Assembly (NCBI RefSeq): GCF_006345805.1
Contig: NC_042998.1
Location: forward strand, 24,862,001-24,926,000
DNA: 64,000 nucleotides
Direction: 5' to 3'
DNA from: Octopus sinensis
Taxonomy: Eukaryota
The stretch's first letter is position 1, and the number at the start of each line of letters is the position of its first letter. Positions 62,136 to 64,000 of this stretch are shown here, piece after piece. A program made the position numbers and the translations under genes. Under the pieces are notes generated by a model that was not told the DNA's origin, ran no database searches, and worked only from the letters and a program-made list of their open reading frames with translations.

Positions 62136-62245
<110 letters not shown>

Positions 62246-62548
62246 ATATATATATGTGTATATATATATATATGTGAGTGTGTGTATATATATATATAAT
62301 ATACATATACATATATATGTATATATGTATGTGTGTGTATATATATAATATACATATACATGTATATGTATATGTATATATACATATACATATATAATAT
62401 ACATATATATGTTAATGTATGTCTATATATATATGTATGTATGTATATGTATATATACATATACATGTATATGTATATGTATATATACATATACATATAT
62501 ATATACATATACATATATAATATACATATATATGTATATATATATATA

Positions 62549-62964
62549 TCATCATCATCATCATTGTCGTCATCATCGTCACTGCCAGTATAGCACACTA
62601 TCAAAATAACCGTCATTATTTTTCCCACCGTCATTACCATCGTCAGCTGCATCGCTAATGCCACTGACATCATCTACCGTCATTATTTTAATGATCATTA
62701 TTAGCATCAATGCCATTATTAGCCATTATATTGTTAACAACCATTATCATTCTTATCAATAACTGGTTCCAACAAATATATTTTTTATATAGGTCAGCTA
62801 CGTGCATCGAGATTTCTTTTATTACAACTTTTTAAAAATGATTCAGTATTTCAGGTTATACTTATTTATTATTTAATTCATCAAATTTATATATATATAT
62901 ATACATATATATGTATATATGTATATATGTATATATATATATATAATATATATATATATTATAT

Positions 62965-62995
<31 letters not shown>

Positions 62996-63661
62996 AAAAA
63001 ATATATAAATACTAAAAATGAAAATAAGAAGCAGGCATGAAGAATAATTACATTATTTTCCATCAAATGTTTTCAATTTTCATTTTACTGAGATGTCAAG
63101 GGCAACATAAAAAGTCAGATGCTAGTGTCTATCTATATAACATTTGTTGTCTGTGAAAGGAAAGGAAAAAGTAACGTGTCAAAAATATCATAACATTACA
63201 TTGGTTGTCTCTTGCTTGATTTCCTGCTTATTAAATTATTTATCATTTATAATTTATTGAATAAGTTGTCATCATCATCATCATCATCATCATCATCTTC
63301 ATCTTCATCATCATCATCATCATTGTCGTCATCATCGTCACTGCCAGTATAGCACACTATCAAAATAACCGTCATTATTTTTCCCACCGTCATTACCATC
63401 GTCAGCTGCATCGCTAATGCCACTGACATCATCTACCGTCATTATTTTAATGATCATTATTAGCATCAATGCCATTATTAGCCATTATATTGTTAACAAC
63501 CATTATCATTCTTATCAATAACTGGTTCCAACAAATATATTTTTTATATAGGTCAGCTACGTGCATCGAGATTTCTTTTATTACAACTTTTTAAAAATGA
63601 TTCAGTATTTCAGGTTATACTTATTTATTATTTAAATTCATCAAATTTATATATATATATA
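62549..63661 (+). repeat. near-identical ~350-bp direct duplication, period ~760 bp
   Basis: 62549-62901 and ~63306-63661 differ by about one indel. Confidence 0.9.
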
Positions 63662-63808
63662 TCATCATCATCATCATCATCATCATCATCGTTAACATTT
63701 GCTTTCCATGCTAGCATGGGTTGGACGATTTGACTGGGGACTGGCAAACCAGATTGCTGCACCAGGCTCCAATCTGATCTGGCAGAGTTTCTACAGCTGG
63801 ATGCCCTT

Positions 63809-63810
<2 letters not shown>
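63660..63810 (-). mobile_element. RTE-like 3' UTR fragment (family C)
   Basis: (CAT)n GTTAACATTTGCTTTCCATGCTAGCATGGG...CTGGATGCCCTTCC. Confidence 0.8.
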
Positions 63811-63863
<53 letters not shown>

Positions 63864-64000
63864 GCATATGTATTTTATAAGTATATGTCTGCATGTGTGT
63901 ATCTATATATATCTATATATATGTGTGTGTTTATGTGTGTATGTATATATATGTATGTGTAAATATATATATATTTATGTATGTGTATCTAGATGTATGT

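Overview
AT-rich eukaryotic non-coding DNA. The repeat families suggest an octopod cephalopod (Octopus-like); this is recognition from memory, not a search result. I find no intact host gene and no exon I can support; the long ORFs in the track are microsatellite artefacts or retrotransposon fragments. The window is a mosaic of (TA)n/(CA)n/(GATA)n/trinucleotide arrays, several tRNA-derived SINE families (called A, B and D here), 5'-truncated LINE ends (RTE, Tx1/L1, R4/Dong-type RLE, CR1/L2), two copies of a non-autonomous Helitron, a deleted mariner and other MITE-like elements. Four observations stand out. (1) At least six unrelated-looking short elements, several beside or within (TA)n tracts and some in fold-back palindromes, carry minimal type I hammerhead ribozyme motifs of the Penelope/retrozyme kind. 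They show stem covariation and a recurrent extra nucleotide flanking stem II. (2) SINE A1 inserts preferentially at GGTA and so nests in its own head. (3) A young Tx1-like LINE sits inside a (GATA)n tract. (4) A ~4.5 kb nearly repeat-free block of decayed, divergently oriented, unidentified ORFs (9.2-13.7 kb) may be a fossil viral or large-transposon insertion. All coordinates and alignments were done by eye.
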